Assembly (NCBI GenBank): GCA_025966525.1
Contig: JAPDIG010000001.1
Location: forward strand, 13,435-77,434
Reading direction: 5' to 3'
DNA length: 64,000 nucleotides
Origin: Candidatus Methanophagales archaeon
GTDB taxonomy: Archaea; Halobacteriota; Syntropharchaeia; Alkanophagales; Methanospirareceae
Shown here piece after piece: positions 18,507 to 28,904 of this stretch (position 1 is the first letter of the stretch; the number at the start of each line of letters is the position of its first letter). The notes under the pieces are model-generated. The model was given only the letters and a program-made list of their open reading frames with translations. It ran no database searches and was not told where the DNA came from. The position numbers were made by a program, and so were the translations under genes.

Positions 18507-20160
18507 GTGAACTACCCACCTACAAGTAGGTGGGCTTCCATCTTCATCCAAGGTTCCAGCCCGGAATCATCGATGGTTCGGGCGAGTTCATCTATCGCCC
18601 CCGCCAGCTTCCGACTCCGCTTCAGAGCCGCTCTGGTCTTGTGCTTCAGATAGGTACTTGCCTTCTGAACCACTCTCACACAGGAGTTGAATTCCCGGTC
18701 GTATTGCATACCGCAGTTCGTGCACACCACGCGCCTGCCTTTCGCCTTTAATTTACCGCCACATTTGTGACATTCGCTTGAGGTGCCCCATTCGTTGAAC
18801 CGTATACCGATTATACCCCGCTCCTTTAACTTCTCTATTATGGTGTCCGCCAGCCTGCTGTAGCTCCAGTGCTGTAATATCTTCCTGCCTCGTTTATCGC
18901 CGTCGCCGCGATACTTGTGGTATCGTATCTGTTGCGGGTCGCCAATGACCACTATCTCATTCTCCGTCCCTGCGGCAAACTCTTTCGCGAGCTTACGGTC
19001 GTAATCTTCCGCCACATGCCTTCGCTTGTGCCTCAGCTTCTTCAATACGTTCCACTTCCTCAATCTTTGCAGGTGCGCTATGCGGTCATCCAACTCCCGG
19101 ATCCTCAACCACTTATCGTCGTATCGCAGCAGAGAGAAGTTTCGCGGGTGCTTCGGTAGCTTCACGGAAGCTATCGCACGTCTAACACCCAAGTCCACTC
19201 CTCTTACTGCGTGAACTGGTTGAGCGCGAACAAAATATTTACAGAGCAGATGCACGAAATACTTCTTACCGCGTTTGATTAGTTCAAACCCGCGCAGTTC
19301 CGCCGCACGCGCGAGCATTTCAAGATGCCATTTTGAGGGGTTGAGCAGTATTGTCAGCTTCTCACCCCTTTTTAAGGTTGAGATACGTATGACCAGTGGT
19401 GAGATTTTCAGATTTGATACCTCAATCGTGCCGGTTCGCGTGTCAAATCGCGTGGGTATCTTCTTCAAACTGCTCTTAGGTGATGTGCACGGCTCCGCCG
19501 GCTCACGCTTCAATAACTTCTTATACCACTTCGTGCCGGGTTTCGCGCGGCTCAGTTCACGCTCCCAGTCCTTATGCGCCTCACGATACTGCGCCCACAT
19601 CCATAGCGCCTTGTCTCGCGCCTGCTGTACGAACGCGGCACTCAACCCCGTGATGTGCTGTATCTCGCGCTCGTAAGGCGAGCAGTCCCGCTGAGTTTTC
19701 AGCCCCAGTTCGGATATGCGCTCGCACCACACCCGGACGGCGTAAGTCAGCCGCGCGGTGAGCCTGTCGAGATAGCTGAGCTTCTTGCCAGTGGTGGCGT
19801 AGTGCACCGGAATTTTGAGTGCGCGCAGGAGCTCGAAGAGTATCTTCTCCCCCGCTTCTTCCATCACCTGCACGGTTGGCTCGCCCACGACACCTGAGCA
19901 GCAATATTTTCCTCTCATGGCGACGTATATTTAATATATATTTTAGTATTTAAATATTTAATGTTGGGTATGGAGCACGAATTGACCTCTCATGGCGACT
20001 CCTCCATACCCAACCACGCTATTAAAGTATCATGCTCGATGACTGAGGCGCATTCATCACACCGTCAAGAGGTGTGTCTTCTGCGCTTTAAATCTATAAA
20101 TATTAAAATTGGTATGGCGGTTGCGAATTTAAGCATCTACACACACCCTGCCATACCATA
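18507..20160 (-). mobile_element. IS200/IS605-family insertion sequence, tnpB-only (IS1341-like); no tnpA present
   Basis: RE is ...gatggaagcccacctacttgtaggtgggtagttca at 18507-18540. LE has the hairpin cacaccgtcaagaggtgtg at about 20070-20100 and a long hairpin ggtatggc...gccatacc at 20111-20157. A single tnpB gene lies between them. Confidence 0.7.
18512..19918 (-). CDS. tnpB: TnpB (IS200/IS605 OrfB; RuvC-like RNA-guided nuclease family)
   Basis: RuvC-I-like GVDLGV, zinc finger CHKCGG...CTNCG, and a RuvC-III-like YDREFNS. Its 3' end lies inside the RE. Confidence 0.8.
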   Translation of the reverse strand: MRGKYCCSGVVGEPTVQVMEEAGEKILFELLRALKIPVHYATTGKKLSYLDRLTARLTYAVRVWCERISELGLKTQRDCSPYEREIQHITGLSAAFVQQARDKALWMWAQYREAHKDWERELSRAKPGTKWYKKLLKREPAEPCTSPKSSLKKIPTRFDTRTGTIEVSNLKISPLVIRISTLKRGEKLTILLNPSKWHLEMLARAAELRGFELIKRGKKYFVHLLCKYFVRAQPVHAVRGVDLGVRRAIASVKLPKHPRNFSLLRYDDKWLRIRELDDRIAHLQRLRKWNVLKKLRHKRRHVAEDYDRKLAKEFAAGTENEIVVIGDPQQIRYHKYRGDGDKRGRKILQHWSYSRLADTIIEKLKERGIIGIRFNEWGTSSECHKCGGKLKAKGRRVVCTNCGMQYDREFNSCVRVVQKASTYLKHKTRAALKRSRKLAGAIDELARTIDDSGLEPWMKMEAHLLVGG

Positions 20161-20196
20161 ATTTCATCAGGGACAAGTTGTTTTTAACGATTCTAA

Positions 20197-23100
20197 TCAG
20201 TCAAGAACCGTTATCGAAGCGCCTTTGGGTTCAGACTCGAATGTGACGGTTTTTGTTACTGCTCCTTTCTTCAGATACGCTTTTACTATGAAGTTACGGC
20301 AATATAACCCGTGTGCGGGCATTGAAGGTTCAGTGCCATAGCATGAAGCACCCGTTGATATGGCAGCCTCGCATGAGATACCCGAATCCGACACGGAGAT
20401 AACCATTTCTAATGTTTCATGCCCGCTAGCAACGGCTTTTATATAATGCCTGCCGTATGGGATGAGCTCGCCCGTCGCTATCTCCTTATATGTGGCGCCG
20501 GCAATATCATAAGGCTTGTAATAGAATGTTGCACTGATATAAGAACCGTCGGTGCCTGAATATGCCGATAAGTATATATATGCAGCCTTACACACTTTCA
20601 CAACCGTTGTTTCGTTTGCTTTCACATCCACAGAGAACGCACATGATGGTGAGAAGCAACGGTCAAGTATATCCACATAGCAATGATTGAATTCGCCTTC
20701 CTTACCTACTACCTCTACCGTATGTGGACCTGCGGGCACTGTCGCTGTTACTGCCGAGCCACCACCTTTATCAACACCGTCAATAAGGAAAGTTTCAACA
20801 TCACACGGCTTCTTAAACACGATTGACTCGAAAGTCATTATGGTTAGTTTGCCCTCAGGTGGCGGCGTTGTCACTACTTTAGCGGTGATTTTATGCGTTG
20901 CTGTCCCACAATTTGGCGGAGTTGCATTGTTACACGCTTCCAGGCGAATACCCCATACTCCAACCTTGTCAAAAGTATGAGTTATCGTCTTACCTGTCTT
21001 TTCGGTTTCAATACCGTCAGGGTCACTAATCGTCCATGTCCACGAAGTGACTTTATATGGGTCTTCGGTAGACGCCATGCCGATTAGGGTTGCCGACTCG
21101 CCGACGTTGACGGTGTTGGGAGCGATAATCCTTACATTTTTCACCGCTGGTGGCGCACCTGGACATACGGGGAAAGTATCTCTACCGGTATCCGAACCAG
21201 CATAATAAGCATAGATCATGTCAGCATCGTTACTTGTCACTTCACCATCGTCATCAACATCCGCCCGCTCCTTGAATTCCGACTCCGATAATCCTCCTAC
21301 TTTATCTTTAACGGCACCCCAGCCGAGTTCTACATAATCCATAACGAGTTTTGCATCCTCGTCTGTAACATAATTATCGGGGTCGTTGTTAACATTACCG
21401 TAGTTACCGCAGGGCGATTTTCTGTATTCGTACGCTTTTGAGACAGTAATTGTCCTGTGCACATCGATTGTTCCCGCACAGATTTTGAGATGTACCTCGT
21501 AACTGCCGGCTTCTGTGAATGTGTGTGTAACCACCCGTCCAGTCTTTTTGACATCGTGCGGGAACACCCATTCCCAATCAGTTATTTCTGAATCGTCACA
21601 GCCTTTTGCATGACCTTCAAAAGTCGCTTCTACACCTACTCGCACGCTTTCACGTGCTCCTGAATAATAATTGAACCATGCTCCCGTTGCCGGACATGGC
21701 TTTCTCCACTTGGGGTCCCATATCCTTGTCTTTTTAAGTCTTGCTGAGTTCTCAGCATTAACATATTCATCTTTTATCTTGTTATTGGTAGCATCCCAAA
21801 CATGTTTATTTTTATCATAGACGAATAGAACGGCATAACCTTCCTTCAGCTCTTCTATGCCAATATTTGTTGTACCTTTAAAAACAGCAGCTATCAAGCG
21901 AGGAGTTTTGTGTTTTAAGTCCCATTGTCTCTCGCTGTCGGACTTCAATGTAATATTTGTGCCGACAGGAAGCATATTAGCAAGCCATGCATTCGCTCGA
22001 GCATAAAACACGCTATCAACATACCAGAGTTCCTCGGATATACATTCCTCGCCGGGTGTTACTAACCGCCTGACAAGCCACGGCTCCTTCTTCTTCGTGC
22101 ATATATAAACATAGTCTGGTCCTTCTGGACTGTTTATACCTACAATGCGTACGCAATATGGCGTACCAGCATGCCGAATATGTATAGTATCGGCATCTTT
22201 GTGCTTAAGCACAGTTGCTGTTATCACTTCATTTAATTCTGGCACATAAACATCTGGTGGCCATCCTCCCGGCGGCTCTAGTGGTGCTATACAGCCTGCG
22301 CTTCGAACAGCAAAGGTATATTCATTACGATATACTGACCATGCTGTACGCACTTGATTACGCATGAATTCGTTTGGTTCACCTATCGAAACGCCATACA
22401 ATGTTGCATACAAGTTTATTGCCTCATTACGCTTGGTAGGATCAACAGCGTCAGCAATGTTCTTAAGTCTTTCTAACTCTTCAAGCATGGCTATATAATC
22501 ACGCTGAACTGTGGGGTCACAGGGGTTGTCTCGTATTTGGAATCCCAATGTCTTTAGCTTATCCTCTACAATCGCAAACTGCTCGCCAAAAGTTTTCTCG
22601 ATAACTCCTGCTTTACGCCCCACATAAACATTCATCACTAAATTGTCTAAAATATACCAAGTGCCACAGAACGCAGCAAAGCCTAATGCACCTGCAAGTA
22701 TTGGATGTTTCTTAATCTTAGCAAGGAGCCCTTTTTCTAGTTGCTTGCCAGTCTTTATTGCACCTGTAGCAAATCCTCTTGCTATGTCTATTTGAGCACT
22801 TAAAGCGGTCTTTGCTAGTTCATTCGCTATCTCCTCACTAGCTCCTGTGGCGATAGCGCGTTCGTATATATCGTCATACATAGCTTTTCCGTATAGCCAG
22901 AACAATCTATTCAATTCAGCAGTCTCTTCTATTGAGTCCAGTCCCAACGCATTGAAAACTTCTTCACCGCGTTTATCGCCAAGAACTTTTTTAAACTCCT
23001 CACGCAAGTTCTTGAACCAGTTCCTTCTTTCCGTTGCCTCCTCTGGAGTGAGTGGTTTAATATGCTTAGCAATTTCATCTGGATCATCAAAATGCTCAAA

Positions 23101-26100
23101 CTTTTTCATCAAAGCGTTAGAGTATCCCTTTTTAAAGAATTCGGGGTCTTTTAGTATCACATATCTAAATAATTCGCTTGGGTCCGCATATCTACCCTCT
23201 TTGTCTAGTTTCCTAGCAATCTTATCTATCGTGCCAGCATCTAACAGCTTTTTCAACTCATCAGTAGTTAACACATCAGAAATGTCTTTCGGTGCTTTAC
23301 GCCAAGGCATCCTGTTCTTTATACCTGCCCATATACTTCTCCAGAAGTCGTGTCCAAACCCAGAACCGGCAGCAGACTTGTTTGTTAGCTCTTTCCAAAA
23401 ACCTAGCAGGCTGTTTCTATGCTTTAAAAGTACTTCAAAAGTTTTTTTATCCGCAGGTAGTCCAGCTAGGTACTCAAAATACCCTAAAACTTCTTTATTC
23501 TTACCGGCAGCGAGTAGTTCGTTTATTTGCTTAACATCTTCAGGTTTCATGGCAGCTATTGCCATGAAAGTCTTTTTATATCCTTTTTTCGTTGTATCTA
23601 GCGTGAAACCCGCGTCGTATAACGCTTTTGTAAATTCAAACAAGTCTAATGTTTCACCATCTATTATTAGTTTTCCATCTTCTGCCAACCCTACTATCTG
23701 GTTTAGCTTGCACCAATGGCCTGGGCTACAAACGGCATCTGCCGCCTTTATGAACACTGTTATATTTTTTGTTCTATCACCATACCGCAATGTGTAGATA
23801 TACGCGGGATATGCCTCGTCTAATAGTCTTGCGTACGCATCAGGCCAATCGTGAAGCCTCTCTAAAGCATTACGATATGCTGAATACGCCCCTGTCCCCT
23901 CATACATAGCTTCGAGTCGTTCAAGATCAAAATACGCTAGTGCATCGTCGATCTCTTCTGCGAAATCTTCAACATTTCGTGCTGTTACCGTGCCTATATT
24001 CCATACATCATCAAGCATACCAGCGGCAACATCTAAATCACCATTTCTTAAATAAGATATATACTCGTCTTTCAAATCGTCAGATGCCACGCGCCAAAAA
24101 TACCAGAATTTTTCTTCACTGAACGCATCACGAACGATTTGCTTGATCTCCTCGTCAGCATAAGCGGCAATTTCACTAAACATCAGCCCAGTCTCCGAAA
24201 AGTCACCAACACGGTGTGCTCTATTAAAAGCCGTTATTATTAATCCATATTCGTCTACGGTAGGCTCAGCTATATTGCCAGCTATATCCTTACCATATTT
24301 AACCTTTTGGTATGCATCGAAAAAAGTACCATACGCTTCTGCTCTCTTCGCAAGCTCGAATGCGCCATCCCAATTGTTATACAACACATTTGCTAATCTT
24401 TTTGCGTTTCCATACCGTATATCGGCATAACCAATTTCAGCAAGCACTGACCTTGCAGTATCCTTTATGGCTTTTTCCAGATCAGCAATCTCTTTCGCCT
24501 GCTTAGGATCAATATTCTTAATCTGCTTCTCAAGCTCATCCAGCCACCGATTGAACTTATTTATCGCTTCCCAATCTTCAATTGCAGGATTTCTAAGGAT
24601 GGCTTCTCCCAATTCTTTAGCTCTTTCTATGTCACCATCAGCAATCGCTTTCGCCCATAAATCCAATTTCGCTTCGTCGCCATACACCAGTATTCTATAA
24701 GCCTCTGTTGGATTTGCCTCTATGAATTCTCTAACCGCAGCAACATCATCACCGTGCTTAACGCCCTTCCTTATGATTTTGCCCAGATATTTCGTTATCT
24801 TACCGCCCGGTACCATCGGTAATACTGAACACACCACAACTATCGGGAACATAGCGAGCTCGAACGCATCGGGATGGTACTCTGCACCGTATATGTCCTT
24901 ACCCCTGATAACCCCAGAAATCACATCTGCACAATATATCGGGTCCAGCATCTCTGCCCAGAATCGGCGGCACTCGTCTGAATCCTTTGGTATGCCCATG
25001 AGCTCACAAGCTTCACCAAAGACTCCATAACGAGAGTAAAGATATATGTCTTTCGTACCCTCAAACTTGCCGCACCAGACAGGACCGGTAGGTAAAAATC
25101 CTTTTGCTATATTCGGTCCTATACCATAGGTTTCTCCTTCTACTAGCCCATCATCTTTTGTAAATACTACCTCACCATCCGGGTATTTATCCGGCTTTTT
25201 TTCGTGTATATCCGTCCCCGGCGCTGGTATAAAACATCGTGACCACGCATATGCACGCCTGCATAGCACTGTATCCCCTTCTTTAAACCCTTTCGTGTGT
25301 ACAATAAACTTATCCTCCTCCGTGATTGGTCTAAGCGTGAACTCGAACTCATAAGTGCCTTCTCCTTCGCCATTCCCGCCCTGACGCCGCGTTGTCTTGA
25401 CTTCTGTCCAATCCTCATGCATATCACTATTCAAATACCCCGGCTTGCCCGCTATGAATCCGTATCTACAAGCCGCTCCGGGCAGTGATGGCAACCCTAT
25501 GCTAAGGACGCCTTCATCATCGGTCTTGAGAAGGTTACCATAGCCTTTCCAGCTCTCGGTAGTGCATACCCCTTTATGTACCGTTATGTCAGAGCAGGGT
25601 ACTTCCTGCCATGTGCCTTCAAAAATCTCTTTCGTAACGCTTACATACGCATGTTCTATACCATTCCCTTCCTCGTCCTTTACTGTTGTCCTTATTTCGT
25701 ATGGCGATTGCGCTTGCGTTTCAAAATCAAACTCATCATCAGACGGGCAGCCCTGTATAATCTGTCCGTCTTTGATATGGAAGCTATAATCTTTACCATA
25801 ATCCATATCAACATTGCAATCCAAAAGGAACTGTTCGGATTCATCTGTACCCAATGTTATAGAACTAGTTTCGATACCTATTGTATTCTCGGTACTGCAG
25901 CCTTTACCCTCGCGCAGCCACAGACAGCGCTTATCCGAAGCACCACCCATGTTCTTTATTATTATCTTGAACAGTGGGCGTTTGCAATCGCCTAAGTCTA
26001 TTGTACCACCTTCCGTAACGCCCCAAAAGGTTATACCATTGTCCGTGCTATAATACACTTCTTTAATCTCAAGCTTGGGTGGGGGTGTTGTCACAGTTAT

Positions 26101-27111
26101 CGTAAAAGTGCATTCAGACTCTTTATAATCAGCATCACCCTTAAACTTCGCCTTAATCGTTGCCGTCTCCTCTACACTGCATGTATATGTGATAGAACAC
26201 TTACCTTCGGGATTCGTAGCACACGAACCTATGCTGACTTCTGTGCTATCCACTAACTTATAGAACTCTATCCACCTGCCATCAAGCGGTCTTTTCGGTG
26301 ATATTGCATCTGTCAAAAGCACTTCTAAATCTACCGTATCGCCAACAGTGGCAGTCTTATGTGGATCTATGCATGTCAGTTCTGTATACGCCTTTGGTAG
26401 CTGAACCCTAAGATGAATAGCATCCGTCGTGTCGTGAGTATAACATGTCCCACCCTCGTATGAACCACAATGTAATACTGCATCTTTGTCTGATGAGGGC
26501 ATACTGAAAGTGCAATCCGGCATACGCACCCACGATTTACCTGCATCTATATCTTTCGTCTTCGGACCACAACGATAATAGTTGCCCCATACAACACCGT
26601 AGCAGGCTGTGCCTGATACATTATTTGTGTTCCTCACCCACGCTCTTGCGGTCAGCGTAGCACCAGCTGGCGCTCTAAGTGTAGAGCCAGGCTTATACAC
26701 ATGGCCGTTGTACCATATATACGCATAATTAAATTTGTATTCTGGTAGTGGCTTACCTATTTCGATAGTCCACGAATATTTCGTTTCCTTGAGCTCGCCT
26801 TGTCTATCAGGATCACCTAACCACAGCTCCACTTTTGCCGTGCCTGATTTGCTCGGTGTGCATCCGATTGCTGGTAATTTCTTTGTCTGGTCTTTGCACG
26901 GTACTGTATCGAACCGTCTGCAAACTTCTGTCGAGTCTATCAGTAGCCGGACTGTTACACTTATTTGGCTAACCTTTGTGTATGTGCACCGGACTTTTGC
27001 ATGTAGCCAAAAAGTTTCGCCAGCGGTAACTGTGATCGTACTTCCTAAGTTATATCGCTTGCCCCCGTAATAGATATATGGGTCCTCATCGAATTTTACC
27101 GTTCCAGGCAT
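20197..27111 (-). CDS. Giant (2304 aa) multi-domain cell-surface protein with Ig-like/PKD domains, a dockerin-type Ca-binding repeat and an embedded staphylococcal-nuclease-like (SNase) domain
   Basis: SNase motifs HKDADTIHIRHAGTPYCVRIVGINSPE and DLKHKTPRLIAAVFKGTTNIGIEELKEGYAVLF. PKD-like WEWVFPHD...THTFTEAGSYEVHLKI. Dockerin-like DVDDDGEVTSNDADMIYAYYAG. Two hydrophobic segments, and a long Lys/Glu/Ala-rich helical middle region. Confidence 0.65.
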   Translation of the reverse strand: MPGTVKFDEDPYIYYGGKRYNLGSTITVTAGETFWLHAKVRCTYTKVSQISVTVRLLIDSTEVCRRFDTVPCKDQTKKLPAIGCTPSKSGTAKVELWLGDPDRQGELKETKYSWTIEIGKPLPEYKFNYAYIWYNGHVYKPGSTLRAPAGATLTARAWVRNTNNVSGTACYGVVWGNYYRCGPKTKDIDAGKSWVRMPDCTFSMPSSDKDAVLHCGSYEGGTCYTHDTTDAIHLRVQLPKAYTELTCIDPHKTATVGDTVDLEVLLTDAISPKRPLDGRWIEFYKLVDSTEVSIGSCATNPEGKCSITYTCSVEETATIKAKFKGDADYKESECTFTITVTTPPPKLEIKEVYYSTDNGITFWGVTEGGTIDLGDCKRPLFKIIIKNMGGASDKRCLWLREGKGCSTENTIGIETSSITLGTDESEQFLLDCNVDMDYGKDYSFHIKDGQIIQGCPSDDEFDFETQAQSPYEIRTTVKDEEGNGIEHAYVSVTKEIFEGTWQEVPCSDITVHKGVCTTESWKGYGNLLKTDDEGVLSIGLPSLPGAACRYGFIAGKPGYLNSDMHEDWTEVKTTRRQGGNGEGEGTYEFEFTLRPITEEDKFIVHTKGFKEGDTVLCRRAYAWSRCFIPAPGTDIHEKKPDKYPDGEVVFTKDDGLVEGETYGIGPNIAKGFLPTGPVWCGKFEGTKDIYLYSRYGVFGEACELMGIPKDSDECRRFWAEMLDPIYCADVISGVIRGKDIYGAEYHPDAFELAMFPIVVVCSVLPMVPGGKITKYLGKIIRKGVKHGDDVAAVREFIEANPTEAYRILVYGDEAKLDLWAKAIADGDIERAKELGEAILRNPAIEDWEAINKFNRWLDELEKQIKNIDPKQAKEIADLEKAIKDTARSVLAEIGYADIRYGNAKRLANVLYNNWDGAFELAKRAEAYGTFFDAYQKVKYGKDIAGNIAEPTVDEYGLIITAFNRAHRVGDFSETGLMFSEIAAYADEEIKQIVRDAFSEEKFWYFWRVASDDLKDEYISYLRNGDLDVAAGMLDDVWNIGTVTARNVEDFAEEIDDALAYFDLERLEAMYEGTGAYSAYRNALERLHDWPDAYARLLDEAYPAYIYTLRYGDRTKNITVFIKAADAVCSPGHWCKLNQIVGLAEDGKLIIDGETLDLFEFTKALYDAGFTLDTTKKGYKKTFMAIAAMKPEDVKQINELLAAGKNKEVLGYFEYLAGLPADKKTFEVLLKHRNSLLGFWKELTNKSAAGSGFGHDFWRSIWAGIKNRMPWRKAPKDISDVLTTDELKKLLDAGTIDKIARKLDKEGRYADPSELFRYVILKDPEFFKKGYSNALMKKFEHFDDPDEIAKHIKPLTPEEATERRNWFKNLREEFKKVLGDKRGEEVFNALGLDSIEETAELNRLFWLYGKAMYDDIYERAIATGASEEIANELAKTALSAQIDIARGFATGAIKTGKQLEKGLLAKIKKHPILAGALGFAAFCGTWYILDNLVMNVYVGRKAGVIEKTFGEQFAIVEDKLKTLGFQIRDNPCDPTVQRDYIAMLEELERLKNIADAVDPTKRNEAINLYATLYGVSIGEPNEFMRNQVRTAWSVYRNEYTFAVRSAGCIAPLEPPGGWPPDVYVPELNEVITATVLKHKDADTIHIRHAGTPYCVRIVGINSPEGPDYVYICTKKKEPWLVRRLVTPGEECISEELWYVDSVFYARANAWLANMLPVGTNITLKSDSERQWDLKHKTPRLIAAVFKGTTNIGIEELKEGYAVLFVYDKNKHVWDATNNKIKDEYVNAENSARLKKTRIWDPKWRKPCPATGAWFNYYSGARESVRVGVEATFEGHAKGCDDSEITDWEWVFPHDVKKTGRVVTHTFTEAGSYEVHLKICAGTIDVHRTITVSKAYEYRKSPCGNYGNVNNDPDNYVTDEDAKLVMDYVELGWGAVKDKVGGLSESEFKERADVDDDGEVTSNDADMIYAYYAGSDTGRDTFPVCPGAPPAVKNVRIIAPNTVNVGESATLIGMASTEDPYKVTSWTWTISDPDGIETEKTGKTITHTFDKVGVWGIRLEACNNATPPNCGTATHKITAKVVTTPPPEGKLTIMTFESIVFKKPCDVETFLIDGVDKGGGSAVTATVPAGPHTVEVVGKEGEFNHCYVDILDRCFSPSCAFSVDVKANETTVVKVCKAAYIYLSAYSGTDGSYISATFYYKPYDIAGATYKEIATGELIPYGRHYIKAVASGHETLEMVISVSDSGISCEAAISTGASCYGTEPSMPAHGLYCRNFIVKAYLKKGAVTKTVTFESEPKGASITVLD

Positions 27112-27114
27112 CTC

Positions 27115-28050
27115 TCACCATCCATGAAGTTTTGGCGTGTTCTCAAATTTATATTCACCTTCCCTCATTATAAAGAATTCAGTCTCATCAATCTTATCCT
27201 TCAGTGGCTCAAGCTTCTTCCGTAGCCAGTAATACCGCTTCTCCGCATTCCTTAACTTGCTTTTCCATTCCCACGGCCACTCCTTTTCTATTAATCCTAT
27301 CACATGGTTCCACACCTCTGAATTGAAGACATTGAGATAAATGCCCTCCATCCTTGAATCGACATACCCGCGTGTGCTCTCAGCTGGCCATCCCTGCTTG
27401 AAATAGTGCCCCACAACCGCGTCTTTATCAATCAGGCAGGGATGTCCCAAACGCCACAGCCGTATCCCATATTCCTCCTCCCAACCCAGTCCACGATGAG
27501 TCCACAAAAAACCACCATAACTGTCCAAGTGTTTAAAAGTCGCTGGAGTCATTGCGAATGCGCACCCGCAGGTTGTGGGCACGGGAAAGATAGTTTCGTC
27601 TTTCGGTGAGGGCAGCCATACCCACTCGAACGGGTGTTTAACGAACTTGAACGCTACTCCGTGCCCAAAACCGCCACTCGGCTCGCACGAAGGGAATTGC
27701 ACCACCTGTATAGCGGGTCCCACTGCCGCTTCGGGATGGCTCCACAGCGTGTCCATCCATCTCTCTATCGCTTCTGGTGTGAAACATGTATGACAGTCGA
27801 GAAAAATCAATGCTTTCGAGTAATGTGCCGCGTTACGCGCTCCCACATTACGCGCTTGACCGCAGCTTTCTATGCTGCCTATCACTTTCACCGGGAAGTT
27901 CGCCAGTTCCCTAACCCACATCATGTCAACTCCCGGCTCACCAACGACAAATATGAGCTCTTTTTCAGCTGGCACTTGTGAAATCTGCTGCAACATCTTC
28001 TCGATAAACTCCCTATCCTCTTTGTATTCTTGCACAATGAAGGAGATCAT
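27115..28050 (-). CDS. GT2-family (GT-A fold) glycosyltransferase
   Basis: N-terminal Rossmann-like ELIFVVGEPG and the DxD-like FLDCH. The gene ends 3 bp before the giant gene, in an operon-like arrangement. Confidence 0.55.
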   Translation of the reverse strand: MISFIVQEYKEDREFIEKMLQQISQVPAEKELIFVVGEPGVDMMWVRELANFPVKVIGSIESCGQARNVGARNAAHYSKALIFLDCHTCFTPEAIERWMDTLWSHPEAAVGPAIQVVQFPSCEPSGGFGHGVAFKFVKHPFEWVWLPSPKDETIFPVPTTCGCAFAMTPATFKHLDSYGGFLWTHRGLGWEEEYGIRLWRLGHPCLIDKDAVVGHYFKQGWPAESTRGYVDSRMEGIYLNVFNSEVWNHVIGLIEKEWPWEWKSKLRNAEKRYYWLRKKLEPLKDKIDETEFFIMREGEYKFENTPKLHGW

Positions 28051-28068
28051 AAGCGTGCACTATTTATT

Positions 28069-28893
28069 TTAATGCATGTGGTAAAAATAAATATTGTTCC
28101 ATTCGAAATCAGGTGTCCACCCATCAAATGTAAAATGCCTGCTAATGACTCGTGCACCACGCTTGAGATTCTCCTCCAGTAAAGGTTTTATTATCTGATT
28201 CACACTTTGGAGAAGATAGAGATAGACGCAATCTGCTTTGGCTATATCCTGAGCCACATTCATAAAACTCTCTTCTTTAATTGTTACAGGTAACCCCTTC
28301 GTGTTCTCTCTCGCCTGTTCTGCACGCTCATGGTTGAGTTCATAGCCTATGCATTTCGCACCGAACTCAGTTGCTGCTATTTTTAAATTCCTGCCATCAC
28401 CGCAACCCAGCTCTACGAAAATCTCGCCCGGCTTCAGGTTTACCTTTTGCAATGCTGTTCTTATTTCATCTTCAGGTGTTGGAACATATACAACACACTC
28501 GTTATCTTGGCACTCACCAGACCATGTGACATGGTAATGGCAGTGAGTGATGCCCGCCGGGAATTTCAATGTGATTGTTATTGGTACACCGTTCAAATCG
28601 CCTCTATACACAAGTTTTGTTGGATATTTTTCAAACGCAAACAGATCAAAAGGTGCATGTAGCTTATCTCGTAATAGCCACTCGAACTCAGCGGTATAGT
28701 TATTATCAGTCTTCGTGATGTGGTCTGTGATAATCTCCTCGCTGCGGGTTGCGCTGTCGTAATATCTAAGTGTTGTGCCTTCAGCAGTCACTGTGATAGT
28801 GCGTGCTGTGCCAGTTCTCGCAGATTCTCCTTTTCGCTCTTCCACTCCCTCGCGCATCTCGCGTAAGATGCGCGAAATGAGATTCTCCTCCAT
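28069..28893 (-). CDS. Class I SAM-dependent methyltransferase with an N-terminal unknown domain
   Basis: Motif I VELGCGDGRNL, and ADCVYLYL as a post-I acidic/hydrophobic motif. Confidence 0.5.
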   Translation of the reverse strand: MEENLISRILREMREGVEERKGESARTGTARTITVTAEGTTLRYYDSATRSEEIITDHITKTDNNYTAEFEWLLRDKLHAPFDLFAFEKYPTKLVYRGDLNGVPITITLKFPAGITHCHYHVTWSGECQDNECVVYVPTPEDEIRTALQKVNLKPGEIFVELGCGDGRNLKIAATEFGAKCIGYELNHERAEQARENTKGLPVTIKEESFMNVAQDIAKADCVYLYLLQSVNQIIKPLLEENLKRGARVISRHFTFDGWTPDFEWNNIYFYHMH

Positions 28894-28904
28894 CTTTCTG
28901 CGGA

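Noticed and set aside
22847-23797. 316-aa plus-strand ORF inside the giant minus-strand gene
   Set aside because: Low-complexity Ser/Leu/Phe-rich translation, antisense to a well-supported multi-domain gene. This is a shadow ORF.
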